This document shows, one piece after another, positions 61,521-64,000 of a stretch of DNA of 64,000 nt (position 1 is its first letter; each line of letters starts with the position of its first letter). The notes beneath the pieces were generated by a model. The model ran no database searches, was not told the DNA's origin, and saw only the letters and a program-made list of their open reading frames with translations. The position numbers and the translations under genes were made by a program. The stretch comes from Tenrec ecaudatus (Eukaryota): NCBI RefSeq assembly GCF_050624435.1, contig NC_134541.1, positions 125,022,480 to 125,086,479 on the forward strand, given 5' to 3'.

Positions 61521-64000
61521 TCCCCAATGCAGGCACTGTTATTCCAATGAGAGAGAGAGGCACACAAGTTGGTGTAATAGAGACGGAGCATGAAGAAAGC
61601 AGGTCTTGGCCCACTTCAAGACAAGGGTGGTGGTAAAGTACTCTTGTGTTTCTGGAATTTGGCCAGAGGCCACTGGGTGCTCACCAGGGACCACACGGAA
61701 CTTTTTGATACTGAGCGGATAAATGAAACAAAGCATTCTCAAGGACACAAGCAAAAACTGGGGAAGAAGTCCTTATAAGGATTTTAAATGGTGACCCGAG
61801 CCATAGTTTATGCAAAGAATGTTTCAAGCTCAGTGGCTGGTTGGAAGACAGCATGACTGGTTTTCGGTTGATAACCAACGCTTCTGAAGACGATCAAGAC
61901 TGGCATGCCAGTGCTGAGGGGCTGGTGTCCCCTAACTTCTCAGTGACGCAGTGGGGCTCAGTTACCCAGAGTGAGCACTAACTCATCTCTGATAAGTCAA
62001 AGCTGCCACCCGTGTGTTACAATGACATGTCCCTAACCTTTGCTGGCAGCTGTGGGCAACCTGTTGACCTTCTTCTAAGCACCCCACCTCACCTTCCTTT
62101 CCCTGTAGTTCTTCTCCTCTTACAAACAACACTCAAAGTACTAGACAGACCACAGGCACGGGTAGAGCAGTCTAGAAGACCATTTCACCCCAAACAATCA
62201 AAAATCTGATAACACAAAAATCTACCACCACCACCACCCTTGACGCCAACTGATTCCTACTCATGGTGACCTCATGGGTTGAGCATAGAACAACTTCGTG
62301 GGATTTTCTTAATGGCGGAAACGGCATAGGCGACAACCTTCACAGACGCAGATGGTGAGGCGTTTTCTTTGGCGCCATTGCTGGCTGGGTTCCAACCATC
62401 ACCCTTCAAGTTAGTAGTTGAGCATAAGCCATTTGTCCTACCTTATCCTGAGGAAAATAAACCCAACACATGTGAGGCTTAAGAGTCTCAGCAAAATATC
62501 AGCAAGAGCTTCCCTACCCGCTAGCCATGCGCAGGTGGCTCTCAAGCAGGCGGGCACACGAGGGATCTCCGATTAGGAACACTATTCCTCGAGTCAGATT
62601 CCCAGTCCAAGGCGGTGAGGGCTTCAGCTCCATCTCTCACGATGCCCTTGAACCCAAAGGACACTAGGAACACACGTCTGGTTGGACAAGGAAGACTGCA
62701 CACTATAAGAACCACGCAGCCTCTTGGGAAAAGCCTGTTGTTAGTTGCTGTGGGGTGGGCTCTGACACATGGGGACCCAGGTGTAACAGAGTGAGAGATT
62801 GTCTGGTCCGGCCCAGGGATCTTTACGATCATTGATATGTTTGAGTTCATCGCGGCAGACATTGGTCATGTGATAGGTAGGTTTATTGTGCTAACCTGGC
62901 CAATAAGAACATGTGGGATTAATAAGGTCACAGTTTGGTTGGAGGACAAAGAGATAAATGGCTCAGCGAGCCCCACCTCTCTCTTTCTCTCTCTGGTGAT
63001 CGGTCCAGTGTGCGACTGCCTTAGCGAGTTCTCTGCCTCAGCCTGTGAGCTACACTACCCATGGGACACCCAACCTGTGCCCATGTAGCTAGAGCTTGAG
63101 GTTCTTTTGAGACCTGCTTCACCACACTGCTGGTGTATATATCGCTTGAGATGGGGACTGTCAGATCCTGTCATCTGGCTGACTGCTGTGACCCGTCCTG
63201 TTTGCTGCCTGTGGGCGGACTCTGCCTGCATTGTTCTACAGAAAGTCTCACCTCTCTGCTTTCTTGACCTTGGACCCAACAGCCCTCAGGAGTTGAAGGA
63301 CTTTTAGTGTATTAACTGTTTCATGGAAATTAGTTGACTGTCTCTGCACTGCTGTGTGGACTAATTAGCTATTATATTCCTTTGTGCTGCATATATCCAT
63401 ATTTATATATTCGTAAGTGTCCTGGTTTTGTTTCTCCAGAGAACCCTAACACAGGTCAATCCATGTCATTGAGGGTCTCTCTCACTTTTGTTGCCCTTCC
63501 ACTTTATCAGACGTGGTGGCCTTTTCTAGCAATGGGTTGCCCCTTATGATTGTCTATGATTTGTCTATATTGGATAATATTCCATTCTGAGCCATGGAAT
63601 ATTTTCAATTTTTCAAAGTGGATCACCAGACCTTTATTCCGAGTCTCTTAGTCTGGAAGCTCCACTGAAACGGTCCACCATGGGTGGCCCTGCTGGGATT
63701 TGAAATAGTGGTGACATAACTTCCACCACCATTGCAACAACGTGGAAGCCACCACAGTACACTAATCTGACAGATGGTCTATGGCAGCGCATGTTAGAAA
63801 GCACTTATTAATCTGGGCTTATTGCAGGATTTTTGAGAAGGCTCAGGAAAAGGGAGGGAGCTTTTCTCTGGGTTGGATGCTGTTAGGAAGCAGGGATAAT
63901 CCTTACTGAAACATTCTTATCTAGAAGATGAGGGGAATGAGCCAGAACTAATACCTTAATTGGAAAAGAAGCAATAGTCTTTTCTCTACTTACTTTTCTC

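Overview
This window is vertebrate (mammalian) nuclear DNA, not a prokaryotic locus, so it contains no operon, CRISPR array or defence system. It is dense in AfroSINE-type tRNA-derived SINEs (core '...gtcgctatgagtcggaatcgactc...' and variants), which points to an afrotherian genome. It also carries two families of young hAT MITEs with intact 8-bp target-site duplications. One of them resembles SPIN ('Space Invaders'), a hAT element I recall being reported in the tenrec, so the source is plausibly Echinops telfairi; that identification is from memory and unverified. The one clear gene is a complete ortholog of MVP (major vault protein) on the minus strand. It has 14 coding exons with canonical GT-AG introns and a perfect Kozak ATG at 34614. 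The stop is TAG at 20112-20114 and an AATAAA lies about 20 nt past it; the predicted protein is 890 aa. A GC-box-rich CpG island with a consensus splice donor about 9 kb upstream (43.77-44.0 kb) is a candidate non-coding exon 1 and promoter. The rest is repeat-rich intronic and intergenic DNA: a ~1.2 kb retroposon-like family in many nested copies, two LTR-like families, and several microsatellites including a 460-bp GT-rich tract. The expected MVP neighbours (CDIPT downstream, PAGR1 upstream, by human synteny recalled from memory) are not detectable in the flanks. Most track ORFs are antisense, microsatellite or repeat artefacts.
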